Assembly (NCBI GenBank): GCA_002862435.1 | Contig: PKDC01000031.1 | Coordinates: 948-64,947 of the forward strand | Direction of reading: 5' to 3' | Length of the DNA stretch: 64,000 bases | Source: Pseudomonadota bacterium | GTDB taxonomy: Bacteria; Pseudomonadota; Gammaproteobacteria; UBA5335 | Part shown: piece after piece, positions 20,673-31,694 of the stretch | How the letters are laid out: each line of letters starts with the position of its first letter | Numbering within the stretch: position 1 is the stretch's first letter | Made by a program: the position numbers and the translations under genes | Notes under the pieces: generated by a model | Database searches by the model: none | The model's input: the letters and a program-made list of their open reading frames with translations, nothing else | Told to the model about the DNA's origin: nothing

Positions 20673-22616
20673 ATGATCCGCCGGATTGTCGATCGCTCTT
20701 CTTTCGTCCCCTGGCTTGCCGCCGTCCTGTTTGTCTTCGCCTGGGCCAGTCCATCCCAGGCTGCCAATCCGGAAGAGGTTCTTCCAATCCTGCAAATGGT
20801 TGATTATGTCGGGGTCGACTACCCGACCTTCGTGCAGGATGGCCAAGTCAAGAATGGCGCCGAATATGCGGAACAACGCGAATTCTCGGCGGACATCCGC
20901 CGCCGGCTGGCGGCGTTGCCGGAAACCGGTGGCAAGGCCGCGCTGATGGCTGCGGCCCTTGAGCTGGAACAGGCCATCGCCGACAAGACCGAGGGCCGCC
21001 GGGTCCAGACCCTGACCGCGCGCATGACGCAATTGCTTCAGACCCACTATCCGGTGGCGATCACCCCCTCTCAGGCGCCCGATCTGGCGGTCGGAGCGCA
21101 AATTTATCAGCAGCAATGTGCCGGCTGTCATGGGACAGCAGGGCATGGGGACGGTCCAGCTGCGGCGGGATTGGAGCCCGCTCCCACGAATTTCCATGAC
21201 TTGCAGCGGCGCAATCAGCGCAGCCTTTTCAGTTACTACAACACCTTGACACTGGGGGTCGCCGGCACGGCCATGACGAGCTATAGCGCGCTGAGCGAGG
21301 CGGAGCGCTGGGCATTGGCCTTCCACGTCGGCCAGCTCGCCTTCTCTGCGGAACAGCGACAAGCAGGTGCCGCGCTTTGGACGCAGAATCCTGCCACTCG
21401 CCAGACGGTACCCAATCTGGCCCATCTGGTGCAACTCACGCCGACCGCCCTGGAATCGATTTATCCGGGCCATGCCCAATCCCTCCTGGCCGCCCTGATC
21501 GCCGAACCCGCCCTTTTCAATCCGTCCCAGGCACAAAGTTTGGCGACCGCCCACGAACGCCTGGAAACAACCCGGAACGCGTACCGGGCCGGAGACCGTG
21601 AAAAAGCGGCCCGAGCTGCCCTGTCGGCCTATCTGGATGGTTTCGAACTGGCCGAGGCAGCGCTGGCCGCTTCGGATCGGGCTTTGATGAGTCAGATCGA
21701 GACAGACATGATGGCGCTGCGCGGCGCAATTCGCGACGGCGCGGACGTGGCGTCGGTGAATGACCGGATCGACGCCTTGCAGGCCGCACTGACGCGCGCC
21801 GAAACGCAATTGGCCAGCGGGGAAAGCAGCGCGGCGGCAGCCTTTGGCGGCAGCTTCCTGATCCTGTTCAGGGAAGGACTGGAAGCCATCCTGGTGTTGG
21901 CGGCGATGTTCGCCTTCCTGAAAAAATCCGGACGCACGGAAGGCTTGGTTTACCTGCATGCCGGTTGGATCGTGGCGCTGCTCCTGGGCTTCGTGACCTG
22001 GTTTGCCGCCACCTATCTGATCGACATCAGCGGCGCCAACCGGGAACTCACCGAAGGGCTGACCGCCTTGCTGGCTGCTGCGATTCTGGTGGGGATGGGG
22101 CTCTGGCTCCACAACAAGAGCTATGCGGACCGCTGGCAACAATATGTCGCCGGCCAGATGCAGGCGGCCCTGGGACGTGGCGGCTTGCGCACCATCGCCC
22201 TGGTTTCCTTCCTGGCGGTCTATCGGGAGGCTTTCGAGACGGTGCTGTTCTACCGCGCCCTGTGGGGCCAGGGCCAGCATCAGGCCCTCGTCCTGGGCAT
22301 GGGTCTGGCGGTGATCCTGCTGACGGTGATCGCGGTCGCCCTGTTCCGCTTCAGTGTCCGCTTGCCGATCCGCCAGTTCTTCAGCTTCAGCGCCGCGCTG
22401 ATCGGGGTCTTGGCCGTGATCTTTGCCGGCAAGGGCATCGCCGCCCTGCAAGCAACGGGCTGGATTGGCGTCCATCCGGTTGCCTTCGTGAGTTTGCCGG
22501 TGCTGGGGATCTATCCCACGGCGCAGACGCTTTTCTCGCAGATTCTCGTATTGGCGGTGATCCTGGCCGGCGTGGGCTATAACCATTGGGCGCCGGCCCG
22601 GCCCCGTTCACCCTAA
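20673..22616 (+). CDS. Cytochrome c / FTR1-family iron (or lead) permease, PbrT-like
   Basis: VDYVGVDY and EYAEQREF N-terminal domain, CAGCHG heme site, AYLDGFE, two RExxE permease motifs (FREGLE, YREAFE). Confidence 0.9.
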   Translation: MIRRIVDRSSFVPWLAAVLFVFAWASPSQAANPEEVLPILQMVDYVGVDYPTFVQDGQVKNGAEYAEQREFSADIRRRLAALPETGGKAALMAAALELEQAIADKTEGRRVQTLTARMTQLLQTHYPVAITPSQAPDLAVGAQIYQQQCAGCHGTAGHGDGPAAAGLEPAPTNFHDLQRRNQRSLFSYYNTLTLGVAGTAMTSYSALSEAERWALAFHVGQLAFSAEQRQAGAALWTQNPATRQTVPNLAHLVQLTPTALESIYPGHAQSLLAALIAEPALFNPSQAQSLATAHERLETTRNAYRAGDREKAARAALSAYLDGFELAEAALAASDRALMSQIETDMMALRGAIRDGADVASVNDRIDALQAALTRAETQLASGESSAAAAFGGSFLILFREGLEAILVLAAMFAFLKKSGRTEGLVYLHAGWIVALLLGFVTWFAATYLIDISGANRELTEGLTALLAAAILVGMGLWLHNKSYADRWQQYVAGQMQAALGRGGLRTIALVSFLAVYREAFETVLFYRALWGQGQHQALVLGMGLAVILLTVIAVALFRFSVRLPIRQFFSFSAALIGVLAVIFAGKGIAALQATGWIGVHPVAFVSLPVLGIYPTAQTLFSQILVLAVILAGVGYNHWAPARPRSP

Positions 22617-24109
22617 GACGCCCCGCGTTTCCTGAAGCCAGCGGCGAGGGCAAGGCTGACCACCATCCACACCAGCACCGGCCAGTCGCCCCACCGCACA
22701 TAGGGGGTGGCGCCGGTACGTGGGACGACCTCACCCCGCAACACGCCCACCTCGAATGGGGAAAGCTGACCCTGCACCCACCCCGTCGCATCGACCAGCG
22801 CGGTGATGCCGGTGTTGGTGGCCCGCAACAAATCCCTGCCGGTCTCGACAGCCCGCATCTGGGCGATCTGAAAATGCTGATACGGCGCGAAACTGCGTCC
22901 AAACCAGGCATCGTTGCTCACGTTCACCAGCAGTTGTGCCGCCGGCAGGTCACGGATGACCTCACGCCCGAATACCGCCTCATAGCAGATGAACGTGGCC
23001 ACCGGCAGGCCTTGCAATCGCAGCAACTCAGGCTGAGCCTCACCCGCTCCCAGGTCGCTGTAGGGCATGTCCAGCACCTGCATTTGGTGGCGGACGAAAT
23101 CGGGCACCGGGAAATACTCGCCGAATGGCACCAGGTGCCGCTTGTCGTAGAACTGGCGATCCAGCCCCAAGGCCAGCACGCTGTTCAAATAAACCCGGCG
23201 CTCCGGATCGAAACGCAACAGACCCAGGACAATTTCACTGCCCGCCGCGGCGGCGGCGATCTGCAAACGGGTGAGGTAAGTCCCCGCCAGCTCATGATAA
23301 ACCTGTGGCAGTGCGGCTTCCGGCCAGACGATGATCGGCGTCCCCAGCAGCGGCTCCGTCAATTCCCGGTAGCGCTGCAGGATCTGATCGGCCCGATTCT
23401 GATCCCACTTATCTTCCTGGGGGATATTTCCCTGTACCAATGCCACGGCCACCGCTGGGCCCGCTGGCTGGGTCCAGGCATGAAAGCGCAGGGCAAAACC
23501 CGCGGCCCAGAGAAAAACCAGCGCAAGCAGTACCCCCAAGCGCCACCGTCCCCGCGCAGTCCTCAGGAATTCCAGGCTGGCAGCGGTCCCAAGCAGAAGC
23601 GCGCCGAGCCCCAACACACCAAGGAGCGGCGCAAAGCCCGCCAGGGGGCCGTCGGTCTGGGTATAACCCACTGCCAGCCACGGGAAGCCGGTGAAAATCC
23701 AGGTACGGATCCATTCACCCGCCACCCAGGCCGCGGGAAACACCCACAAGGCCCGACCGGGCGCGCGACCGCCCAGCCAGGCCGTCACAGCAGTGACCAG
23801 CGCAGGAAACAGCGCCAGAAAACCAATCAACAGCCCCGTCAGCAGCAGCGCCAGGGACAAACCTGCGTTGCCATGCTCGTGGATGCTGACGAAGACCCAA
23901 CTCACACCAAAGCCGAACTGCCCCAATCCAAATGCATAGCCGATTCCGAAGGCACGGCGCGGGTCTTGATCCCGCAACAGGAAGAGCAGGCTCCACAGCG
24001 CCAAAGGCGCCAGCCAGGCCCATTGCCAGGGCGCAAAGGCGAGCACCAGCACGGCGCCCGCCATCAGTGCCCCTAGCGGCCGCAGGAAGCCCTGATGAAT
24101 CAAGCGCAT
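22613..24109 (-). CDS. lnt: Apolipoprotein N-acyltransferase
   Basis: FTGFPW, WPEAA, YDKRHLVPFGEYFP, ICYE, SNDAWFG and RATNTG motifs. Confidence 0.95.
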   Translation of the reverse strand: MRLIHQGFLRPLGALMAGAVLVLAFAPWQWAWLAPLALWSLLFLLRDQDPRRAFGIGYAFGLGQFGFGVSWVFVSIHEHGNAGLSLALLLTGLLIGFLALFPALVTAVTAWLGGRAPGRALWVFPAAWVAGEWIRTWIFTGFPWLAVGYTQTDGPLAGFAPLLGVLGLGALLLGTAASLEFLRTARGRWRLGVLLALVFLWAAGFALRFHAWTQPAGPAVAVALVQGNIPQEDKWDQNRADQILQRYRELTEPLLGTPIIVWPEAALPQVYHELAGTYLTRLQIAAAAAGSEIVLGLLRFDPERRVYLNSVLALGLDRQFYDKRHLVPFGEYFPVPDFVRHQMQVLDMPYSDLGAGEAQPELLRLQGLPVATFICYEAVFGREVIRDLPAAQLLVNVSNDAWFGRSFAPYQHFQIAQMRAVETGRDLLRATNTGITALVDATGWVQGQLSPFEVGVLRGEVVPRTGATPYVRWGDWPVLVWMVVSLALAAGFRKRGAS

Positions 24110-24156
24110 GCGCTACTCCTCGGCAGCGGGAAGAATGACGGGAACCGGCGTGGAGA

Positions 24157-25038
24157 TCAGGCGTTCGGCGCCGCCTCATCGGTTTCGGGAAGCACACTGA
24201 CCTGGACCAGATGGATGCGCCGGTTATCGGCCCGGACCACCGTGAATTCGTAATGGCCCAGGCGCACCCGTTCGCCGCGGTGCGGCAGGTGGCCAAAGGT
24301 GTTCATCAGCAAACCGGCCACGGTATCGAATTCCGCGTCGGAAAACTGGGCGCCCAGCACCGTGTTGAATTCCTCGATAGCGGTCAGGCCCTTGACCAAA
24401 TAGCGATGATCGCCGTGCTGCAAGATATTGTCTTCCTCGCGCTCGTCGTGCTCGTCATCGATCTCGCCGACAATTTGCTCAAGCACATCCTCGATGGTCA
24501 CCAGGCCCGACACCCCGCCGTATTCATCCACCACGATGGCGATATGGCTGCGACTGCTCTGAAATTCCCGCAGCAGGACATTGAGCCGCTTGCTCTCCGG
24601 GACGAAACTCACCGGCCGCAGGATGTCCCGCAGATTGAAAGGAGAGACTCCCGGGCCGCCCGGAAAAAACCGCAGCAAATCCTTGGCAATCAAGACCCCG
24701 ACCACCTCGTCGCGGTGTTCTCCAATCACGGGGTACCGGGAAAAACCGGAACTGATCACCTCGGCCAGCAGGCTGGCGAGATCATCATCGCGGCGCACCA
24801 CCGCCATCTGGGCGCGCGGGATCATGATTTCCTCGACCTGCATTTCCGTCACGTCGAGCACGCCCTCCAGCATGCCCAGTGTGTTGGCGTCGAACAGGCC
24901 GCCCTGCTGACCTTTGCGAAGGATCTGGAGCAGTTCATCCCGGTCATGGGGGGCGATCTGAAGCAAATGAACGAGACGCTCCCGCCAGGATCGGGCGGCG
25001 GAAGCGTTGGGACTGGGGCGATCATCGCTGGAAGACAT
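24157..25038 (-). CDS. corC: CBS/CorC_HlyC Mg/Co transport protein
   Basis: [21 protein letters not shown] and [30 protein letters not shown] motifs. The start could be 25038, 25044 or 25059. Confidence 0.92.
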   Translation of the reverse strand: MSSSDDRPSPNASAARSWRERLVHLLQIAPHDRDELLQILRKGQQGGLFDANTLGMLEGVLDVTEMQVEEIMIPRAQMAVVRRDDDLASLLAEVISSGFSRYPVIGEHRDEVVGVLIAKDLLRFFPGGPGVSPFNLRDILRPVSFVPESKRLNVLLREFQSSRSHIAIVVDEYGGVSGLVTIEDVLEQIVGEIDDEHDEREEDNILQHGDHRYLVKGLTAIEEFNTVLGAQFSDAEFDTVAGLLMNTFGHLPHRGERVRLGHYEFTVVRADNRRIHLVQVSVLPETDEAAPNA

Positions 25039-25546
25039 GGACATCCTGTGGTTCATCATGGGTTAGAATCGGGTTGCCGTCGGGCTCGTCGAAATCCTGA
25101 TAGGGATCATCAAAGCCGAGTTCTCGCAGGATCCTGATTTCCAGCGCTTCCATCTGGCGGGCATCGGCGGCGTCTTGGTGATCATAGCCCAACAAATGCA
25201 GGCTTCCGTGAACGCTGAGATGCGCCCAATGGGCGCGCAGCGGCTTGCCCTGCGCCTGGGCCTCGCGCGCCACGACCGGTGCGCACAGCACCAGATCGCC
25301 GAGATAGTTCCCCGACCAGCTCGGCGGCGAATCAAAGGGAAAAGACAGTACATTGGTGGGGCCCGGCTTGTTGCGATAGGCCTGATTGAGGGCGGCTGAT
25401 TCGGCTTCGTCCGTCACCCGCAAGGTCAAGCCCCCAGCCCGCTCCAACACGCCCAGGCTGGTCTGGATCCAATGGCGGAAACTCGCGGGCGCCGGGACCC
25501 CGCGCCGTCCAACGGCATACTGGATGCCGCAGCGCTCATCAGTCAC
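25022..25546 (-). CDS. ybeY: rRNA maturation endoribonuclease YbeY
   Basis: LNQAYR, PTNVLSFP, LGDLV and HGSLHLLGYDH motifs; GTG start overlaps the end of phoH. Confidence 0.93.
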   Translation of the reverse strand: MTDERCGIQYAVGRRGVPAPASFRHWIQTSLGVLERAGGLTLRVTDEAESAALNQAYRNKPGPTNVLSFPFDSPPSWSGNYLGDLVLCAPVVAREAQAQGKPLRAHWAHLSVHGSLHLLGYDHQDAADARQMEALEIRILRELGFDDPYQDFDEPDGNPILTHDEPQDVHVFQR

Positions 25547-26546
25547 CACCCGTCTCCAGTGGGTCGGCTGGCGTTTCCCAACGGGCATAGGCGTCGACGA
25601 TTTTCTGCACCAGGGCATGGCGCACCACATCCTGACTGGTAAAGAGGGTAAAGCTGATGTCTTCCACATCGCGCAGCACGTCCTGCACGTGGCGCAAGCC
25701 TGAAGTCGTCTGACGCGGCAAATCCACCTGGGTGGTGTCGCCGGTGATGACCGCAGTGGACCCAAAACCCAGACGGGTCAGGAACATCTTCATCTGTTCC
25801 ACGGTGGTGTTCTGGGCCTCGTCCAGGATGATGAAGGCTTCGTTCAGCGTGCGTCCGCGCATGAAGGCCAGCGGGGCCACTTCGATCTGGGCCCGTTCCA
25901 TCAAGCGCTCGACCTTGTCCATGCCCAGCAGATCATGCAGCGCATCGAACAGGGGGCGCAGGTAGGGATCGACCTTCTGGGCCATGTCGCCGGGCAGGAA
26001 ACCCAGCCGCTCGCCCGCCTCCACGGCGGGTCGTACCAGCACGATGCGGCGGACTTGGCCGCGCTCCAGGGCTTCCACGGCAGCGGCCACAGCCAGATAA
26101 GTCTTGCCGGTGCCCGCCGGGCCGATGCCGAAATTGACATCGTGGGTGAGGATGGCGCGCAGATAGCGCTGCTGATTGGGGCCTCTTCCACGGATCATTC
26201 CGCGGCGCGTGCGAATGGCGATCACATCCTCGGCGGGCGCATCCTCAGTCGTCGGATCGGCCAGGCTGGCCGATTGCAGCAGCAGATGAATCTGTTCGGG
26301 ACCCAGGGATTCCACCAGGCTCATGCGGTGCATTTCCTTCAGCAACCATGCGGTCTGGTCGACCTTGTCAGGGTTCCCCAGGATCTGGAAGTGCGCGCCA
26401 CGGTTGCGGATCTCCACCCCCAGCCGTCCTTCGATCTGGCGCAGGTGTTCATCGAAACGGCCACAGACCCGGGCCAGACGCAGATTGTCATCGGGTTCGA
26501 GCTGCAAATCGCGGGTGATGCGTTCGGATGCGACAGCTTCAGGCAT
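25539..26546 (-). CDS. ybeZ: PhoH-like ATPase YbeZ
   Basis: [34 protein letters not shown] and DEAQN motifs. Confidence 0.95.
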   Translation of the reverse strand: MPEAVASERITRDLQLEPDDNLRLARVCGRFDEHLRQIEGRLGVEIRNRGAHFQILGNPDKVDQTAWLLKEMHRMSLVESLGPEQIHLLLQSASLADPTTEDAPAEDVIAIRTRRGMIRGRGPNQQRYLRAILTHDVNFGIGPAGTGKTYLAVAAAVEALERGQVRRIVLVRPAVEAGERLGFLPGDMAQKVDPYLRPLFDALHDLLGMDKVERLMERAQIEVAPLAFMRGRTLNEAFIILDEAQNTTVEQMKMFLTRLGFGSTAVITGDTTQVDLPRQTTSGLRHVQDVLRDVEDISFTLFTSQDVVRHALVQKIVDAYARWETPADPLETGGD

Positions 26547-27882
26547 GGGTCACCACCTCGGACAGGATCGCTTCCGCGCGCAGCGAATTGGGTCTTAGCG
26601 CGACGATGCGCACGGGAACCATTTGCCCGATCCACTCGGCGGGACCGGCAAAATTCACCCAGCGATTGCAATCGATTCGCCCAGTCAGCTCCATGGGATT
26701 CTTGACCGACGGCCCTTCCACCACCACGCGCTGGACCGTGCCCAACAAGCCTTCGCCGTACCGGCGCCCCAAGGCCAGGATGCGCGTCTGCAGGCGCGCC
26801 AGCCGGGCCTCTTTCTCCGTCATGGAGGTGTCATCCGGCAAGGCGGCGGCGGGTGTGCCGGGGCGCGGGCTGTAGATGAAGCTGAAGGCCTGATCAAAAC
26901 CGACCGCGTCGATCAAGGCCATCGTGGCCTCGAAATCGGCCGGGGTCTCGCCGGGAAAACCGACGATGAAATCGGAAGACAGCGAGATGTCGGGACGTAC
27001 CTCCCGCAGCCGCCGCAGCCGCGCCTTGTATTCCAGCGCAGTATGGCCCCGCTTCATCAGGGCCAGGATTCGGTCCGAACCACTCTGCACCGGCAGATGC
27101 AGGTAGTTGGCCAGTTTGTCGACCGTGGCGTAGGCCTCGATCAGGGAGTCGCTGAATTCCAGCGGATGGGAGGTGGTGAAGCGGATGCGCTCGATGCCAT
27201 CGATCTCGGCCAGGTAGTGGATCAGCAGGGCCAGATCGGCCGTTTCCGCACCCGACATGGCCCCGCGATAGGCATTCACGTTCTGCCCCAGCAGCGTGAT
27301 TTCCCGCACACCCTGCTCCGCCAGCACCAGGCATTCGGCCAGAACGTCATCGAAGGGCCGACTCACTTCCTGGCCGCGCGTGTAGGGAACCACGCAAAAA
27401 GTGCAGAACTTGCTGCAGCCTTCCATGATGGAGACGAAGGCAACCGGCCCCTTGGCGCGGGGTTCGGGCAGGCGGTCGAACTTCTCGATCTCGGGGAAGG
27501 AGACATCGACCTGGGGCGCCCGCTCGCGGCGCACGGCGTCGATCATCTCGGGCAGGCGGTGCACGGTCTGAGGGCCGAATACCAGGTCCACGAAGGGCGC
27601 CCGGCGCAGCAAGGCCTCCCCTTCCTGGCTGGCGACGCAGCCACCGACGCCGATCAGCAGCTCGGGACGCGCCAGCTTCCATTCCCGCCAGCGACCCAAC
27701 TGGGAAAACACCTTCTCCTGGGCTTTCTCGCGGACACTGCAGGTGTTGAGCAGCAGCACGTCGGCCTCTTCCGGCCGGTCCGTGGATTCCAGGCCATGCG
27801 ATTCGGCAAGCACGTCGGCCATGCGCGCCGAGTCGTACTCGTTCATCTGGCAACCCCAAGTCTGGATATAAAGCTTGCCCAT
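26539..27882 (-). CDS. miaB: tRNA-2-methylthio-N6-dimethylallyladenosine synthase
   Basis: [20 protein letters not shown], radical SAM motif CSKFCTFC, C-terminal TRAM domain. Confidence 0.97.
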   Translation of the reverse strand: MGKLYIQTWGCQMNEYDSARMADVLAESHGLESTDRPEEADVLLLNTCSVREKAQEKVFSQLGRWREWKLARPELLIGVGGCVASQEGEALLRRAPFVDLVFGPQTVHRLPEMIDAVRRERAPQVDVSFPEIEKFDRLPEPRAKGPVAFVSIMEGCSKFCTFCVVPYTRGQEVSRPFDDVLAECLVLAEQGVREITLLGQNVNAYRGAMSGAETADLALLIHYLAEIDGIERIRFTTSHPLEFSDSLIEAYATVDKLANYLHLPVQSGSDRILALMKRGHTALEYKARLRRLREVRPDISLSSDFIVGFPGETPADFEATMALIDAVGFDQAFSFIYSPRPGTPAAALPDDTSMTEKEARLARLQTRILALGRRYGEGLLGTVQRVVVEGPSVKNPMELTGRIDCNRWVNFAGPAEWIGQMVPVRIVALRPNSLRAEAILSEVVTHA

Positions 27883-27921
27883 TGCCCCCTTGACCCGATC
27901 CTGTGCCTGAAAGGCCTGATT

Positions 27922-29295
27922 CTACACCGAAGCGGCCCCGTCCAGACGCGCCATCAGGTCAAGCAACTCCTGAGTCTTTGCTTCCATGAGCGCCTGATCG
28001 CCGCGCGACTCCACATTCAGCCGCACCACGGGCTCGGTGTTGGAGGAACGCAGGTTGAAACGCCACTGCGGGAAGCTGATGCCCAGCCCGTCGGTATGAT
28101 CCACAGCCAGCGCCTGACCGGCGAAGTGTGTTTCGATCGCGGCAATCACCTGCGCCGGATGTTGCAGGGTGCGGTTGATCTCGCCGCTGGCGGGATAGCG
28201 CGCCATGCGTTCTTCCACCAGATCGGCCAGCGAACGCCCGGTCTTGCCGATCATCTCGGCGACCAGCAGCCAGGGAGCCATGCCGCTGTCGCAATAGGCG
28301 AAGTCGCGGAAATAGTGGTGCGCACTCATCTCGCCGCCGTAGACGGCATCTTCCTGGCGCATGCGCGCCTTGATGAAGGCATGCCCGGCCTTGCTGAGCA
28401 CCGGTTCGCCGCCCGCCGCTTCCACCATTTCCACGGTGTTCCAGACCATGCGCGGGTCATAGACGATGCGCGCGCCAGGAAGCTTTTCCGCAAAGGCGCG
28501 GCCGAGCAGACCGACGATGTAATAGCCTTCGATGAATCGGCCGGTTTCGTCGAACAGGAAGCAGCGGTCAAAATCCCCGTCCCAGGCGATCCCCATATCA
28601 GCCTTGTGCTCGCGCACCGCCTGGGCCGTAATGGCGCGGTTCTCGGGCAGGATGGGATTGGGCACACCATTGGGGAAACGGCCGTCGGGCTCATGGTGCA
28701 GACGGATGAATTCAAACGGCAGGTGCTCAGCCAGCGCATCCAGCACCGGCCCCGCGCAGCCATTGCCCGCATTCACCACCAGCCGCAGCGGCTTGAGGGC
28801 CGCGACATCGACAAAACGCAGCAGATGGGCCACATAGGCCGGCCGCACGGCGAGGGACCGGGTGGTTCCCGGCGTCGCGGCCGGCGTGAACTGATTGGCC
28901 TCGGCCAGTGCCTTGATTTCCGGCAAACCGCTGTCACCGCTCAAGGGACGGGCTTCTTCGCGGACGAATTTCAAGCCGTTGTAGTCCGGCGGGTTATGGC
29001 TTGCCGTGACCATGATGCCGCCGTCTATGTGCTCGTGGAAAGTGGCGAAATAGACTTCCTCGGTCCCGCACAGGCCGATGTCATAGCAATCCACCCCCTG
29101 CGCCATCAGCCCGGCCATCAGCGCCTGGGTCAGGGCCGGGCTGGACAGGCGCATGTCCTGCCCCACCACCACCCGGCGCGGTTTGACGTAGTCGGCATAG
29201 GCCCGGCCGATGCGGTAGGCGATGTCCTCGTTGAGTTGATCAGGCAGCCGCCCGCGCACGTCGTAAGCCTTGAAGCAAGTCAGTGATTCAGCCAC
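27922..29295 (-). CDS. manB: Phosphomannomutase
   Basis: [20 protein letters not shown] and GEMSAHHYF motifs. Confidence 0.94.
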   Translation of the reverse strand: MAESLTCFKAYDVRGRLPDQLNEDIAYRIGRAYADYVKPRRVVVGQDMRLSSPALTQALMAGLMAQGVDCYDIGLCGTEEVYFATFHEHIDGGIMVTASHNPPDYNGLKFVREEARPLSGDSGLPEIKALAEANQFTPAATPGTTRSLAVRPAYVAHLLRFVDVAALKPLRLVVNAGNGCAGPVLDALAEHLPFEFIRLHHEPDGRFPNGVPNPILPENRAITAQAVREHKADMGIAWDGDFDRCFLFDETGRFIEGYYIVGLLGRAFAEKLPGARIVYDPRMVWNTVEMVEAAGGEPVLSKAGHAFIKARMRQEDAVYGGEMSAHHYFRDFAYCDSGMAPWLLVAEMIGKTGRSLADLVEERMARYPASGEINRTLQHPAQVIAAIETHFAGQALAVDHTDGLGISFPQWRFNLRSSNTEPVVRLNVESRGDQALMEAKTQELLDLMARLDGAASV

Positions 29296-29312
29296 GTTGA
29301 TTCCTCGTCGGC

Positions 29313-30794
29313 TCAGGTGGAGGGGGTGTCATCGCGACGACCGTAACGGTCCTCGAAACGCACAATGTCGTCTTCGCCCAGATAACTGCCGGTCTGCACT
29401 TCAATCAGATCCAGCGGAATCTTGCCCGGATTCTCCAGGCGATGGGAGGTGCCCAGGGGAATGTAGGTGGATTCGTCTTCCCGCAGCAAAAAGCTGTCCT
29501 CGCCGCGCACCACCCGCGCCGTGCCCTTGACCACGATCCAGTGCTCGGCGCGGTGATGGTGCATCTGCAGCGACAGGGTGGCGCCCGGATGGACACGGAT
29601 GTGTTTGACCTGGAAGCGTTCACCGCTGCCGATGCCCTCGTACCAGCCCCAGGGCCGATAAACCCGCCTGTGGGCCAGCGCCTCATCCCGCCGCGCGGCC
29701 TTGAGCTGGGCGACGATGGCCTTCACCTCCTGGGCATGGTCCTTGTGAGCGACCAGAACGGCATCGGCTGTTTCCACGATGACATGGTCGCGCACGCCCA
29801 CCGCAGCCACCAGCCGACTCTCGGCGCGCACATAGCTGCCTTGCACGTCCTGCAGCAAGACATCGCCCAGCACCACATTACCCTGTGCGTCGCCGGGGCC
29901 GGCCGCCTGCAGCGCAGCCCAGGAGCCCACATCGCTCCAGCCGGCCGCGAGCGGCACCACCACCGCCCGATCAGTCTTCTCCATCACGGCGTAGTCCAGG
30001 GAATCCGATCGGCAACTGAGGAAGGGCGCCGAGGCCAGACGCGTGAAGTCGAGATCACGGGCGGCGCCGGTCCAGGCCGCCTCCGCAGCGGCCAGGATAT
30101 CCGGCGCATGCTGCGCCAGGGCGTCGAGTACCGTCCGGGCCGTGAACAGGAACATGCCGCTGTTCCAGAAATACCCGCCCTGACGCAGATAGGCCTCGGC
30201 CCGCTCCCGGTCGGGCTTCTCCACGAAGGCCGCCACGGATTGCCAGCCGGTCTCGCCGTCTGCGTCAGCCCCCCGGATATAGCCATAACCGGTCTCGGGC
30301 GTCGTGGGCACAATGCCGAAGGTCACCAGATGCCCGAGCTGCGCCGCTGCGCGCGCCGCGCCCAGCGCCTCGCGAAAGCGTTCAGGCTCCTGGATCAGAT
30401 GATCGGCCGGCAACACCAGCAGCAGCGTTTCGGGATCCCGGCTCGCGGCATCCAATGCCGCGATGGCCACCGCCGGCGCCGTGTTGCGGCCGGCGGGCTC
30501 CAGCAGGATGCCGGCCGGTTCGCGGCCGATCTGGCGCAGTTGTTCGGCCACCAGGAAGCGGTGCTGCTCGTTGCACACGATCAGCGGCGCGGCCAGCTCC
30601 GGCACGCCCACCAGTCTGAGCAGGGTGTCCTGCAGCAATGTGTGCTCGGAACACAAGGCCAGGCACTGCTTGGGCAGTTGCTCGCGGGACAAGGGCCAGA
30701 GCCGGGTGCCCGAGCCTCCGGACAGGATCACGGGCACCATGCGGGATGTGGCGGGAAGCGAGTCGACGGGCAGGGATACCGATGCAGCGCTCAT
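29313..30794 (-). CDS. manC: Mannose-1-phosphate guanylyltransferase / mannose-6-phosphate isomerase
   Basis: [23 protein letters not shown] and WSDVGSW motifs, C-terminal cupin ([11 protein letters not shown]); ATGA overlap with the upstream SDR. Confidence 0.95.
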   Translation of the reverse strand: MSAASVSLPVDSLPATSRMVPVILSGGSGTRLWPLSREQLPKQCLALCSEHTLLQDTLLRLVGVPELAAPLIVCNEQHRFLVAEQLRQIGREPAGILLEPAGRNTAPAVAIAALDAASRDPETLLLVLPADHLIQEPERFREALGAARAAAQLGHLVTFGIVPTTPETGYGYIRGADADGETGWQSVAAFVEKPDRERAEAYLRQGGYFWNSGMFLFTARTVLDALAQHAPDILAAAEAAWTGAARDLDFTRLASAPFLSCRSDSLDYAVMEKTDRAVVVPLAAGWSDVGSWAALQAAGPGDAQGNVVLGDVLLQDVQGSYVRAESRLVAAVGVRDHVIVETADAVLVAHKDHAQEVKAIVAQLKAARRDEALAHRRVYRPWGWYEGIGSGERFQVKHIRVHPGATLSLQMHHHRAEHWIVVKGTARVVRGEDSFLLREDESTYIPLGTSHRLENPGKIPLDLIEVQTGSYLGEDDIVRFEDRYGRRDDTPST

Positions 30795-31645
30795 GGGGAA
30801 TGCTCCGGGATGGCGGAAAACTGCAAACCAAATTGTCGGCGCAGGAGCCGATCCCGCCAGGGGATGGGCAACCGCGCCAGCAAGGGCATCAGGCTGCTGC
30901 CGTTGCCAATGCGCACCATGGCGCGGGGGCGCGGCGCGGTCACCGCGCGATAGCAGATGCGCGCGAAGGTTTCGGCCGACGTCGCACGGCGCTGGGAGGC
31001 CCGTGCCCGTCCGTAAATGGCTTCCCGGCACCGGTCATACCAGGAGTCCGCCCGCAACACCCGCTCCACTGCCTCGCTGGCATGATCCCCGAAACGCGAG
31101 CGAATCGCGCCCGGTTGGATGGTGATCACCGCAATGCCAAAGGGTGCGAGCTCCATGCGCAGGGCATCGGACAGGCTATGCAGGGCGGCCTTGGTGGCGC
31201 AATACACGCCGGCAAAGGGCGTCGTGAGCACCCCGGAGACGCTGCCGATGTTGACGATACGCCCCCTGCCCTGGCGCATGCGCGCCGCGGCGGCCTGCGC
31301 CATCAGGAGGGGCGCGAACACATTGGTGGTGAATTGACGCTGCAGCTCCGCTTCCGGCATTTCGACGGTCGGCCCCATGGCGCCGTACCCCGCGTTGTTG
31401 ATCAGGATGTCGACATGATCCTCCTGGGCGTCAAGAGCGGCCCAGAACGCCGCACGACTGGCCGGGTCACAGACATCCAGCGGCAATGCATGCAGGCCCA
31501 GGGTGCTGAGTTGCGCCAGATCCTCGGATCGGCGCGCTGTGGCATAGACTCGGTAGCCATGATGATGAAACGCCAGCGCCAGCGCCTGCCCGATGCCGCT
31601 CGAACAACCGGTGACGATCACCACCGGGGGGTAATGCGTGGCCAT
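30791..31645 (-). CDS. Short-chain dehydrogenase/reductase
   Basis: TGCSSGIG, NNAG and YCATK motifs. Confidence 0.9.
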   Translation of the reverse strand: MATHYPPVVIVTGCSSGIGQALALAFHHHGYRVYATARRSEDLAQLSTLGLHALPLDVCDPASRAAFWAALDAQEDHVDILINNAGYGAMGPTVEMPEAELQRQFTTNVFAPLLMAQAAAARMRQGRGRIVNIGSVSGVLTTPFAGVYCATKAALHSLSDALRMELAPFGIAVITIQPGAIRSRFGDHASEAVERVLRADSWYDRCREAIYGRARASQRRATSAETFARICYRAVTAPRPRAMVRIGNGSSLMPLLARLPIPWRDRLLRRQFGLQFSAIPEHSP

Positions 31646-31694
31646 ACCGATGCTTCCTCGCTGTTTCGTCCGTTGAAACGCCCGGTGCGCACCC

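Noticed and set aside
26623-29286. 887-aa plus-strand ORF and similar long antisense ORFs (20646-22586, 32673-34583, 58669-60441, 13723-15447)
   Set aside because: They are antisense shadows of well-identified genes, expected with high-GC codon bias, and show no recognisable motifs.
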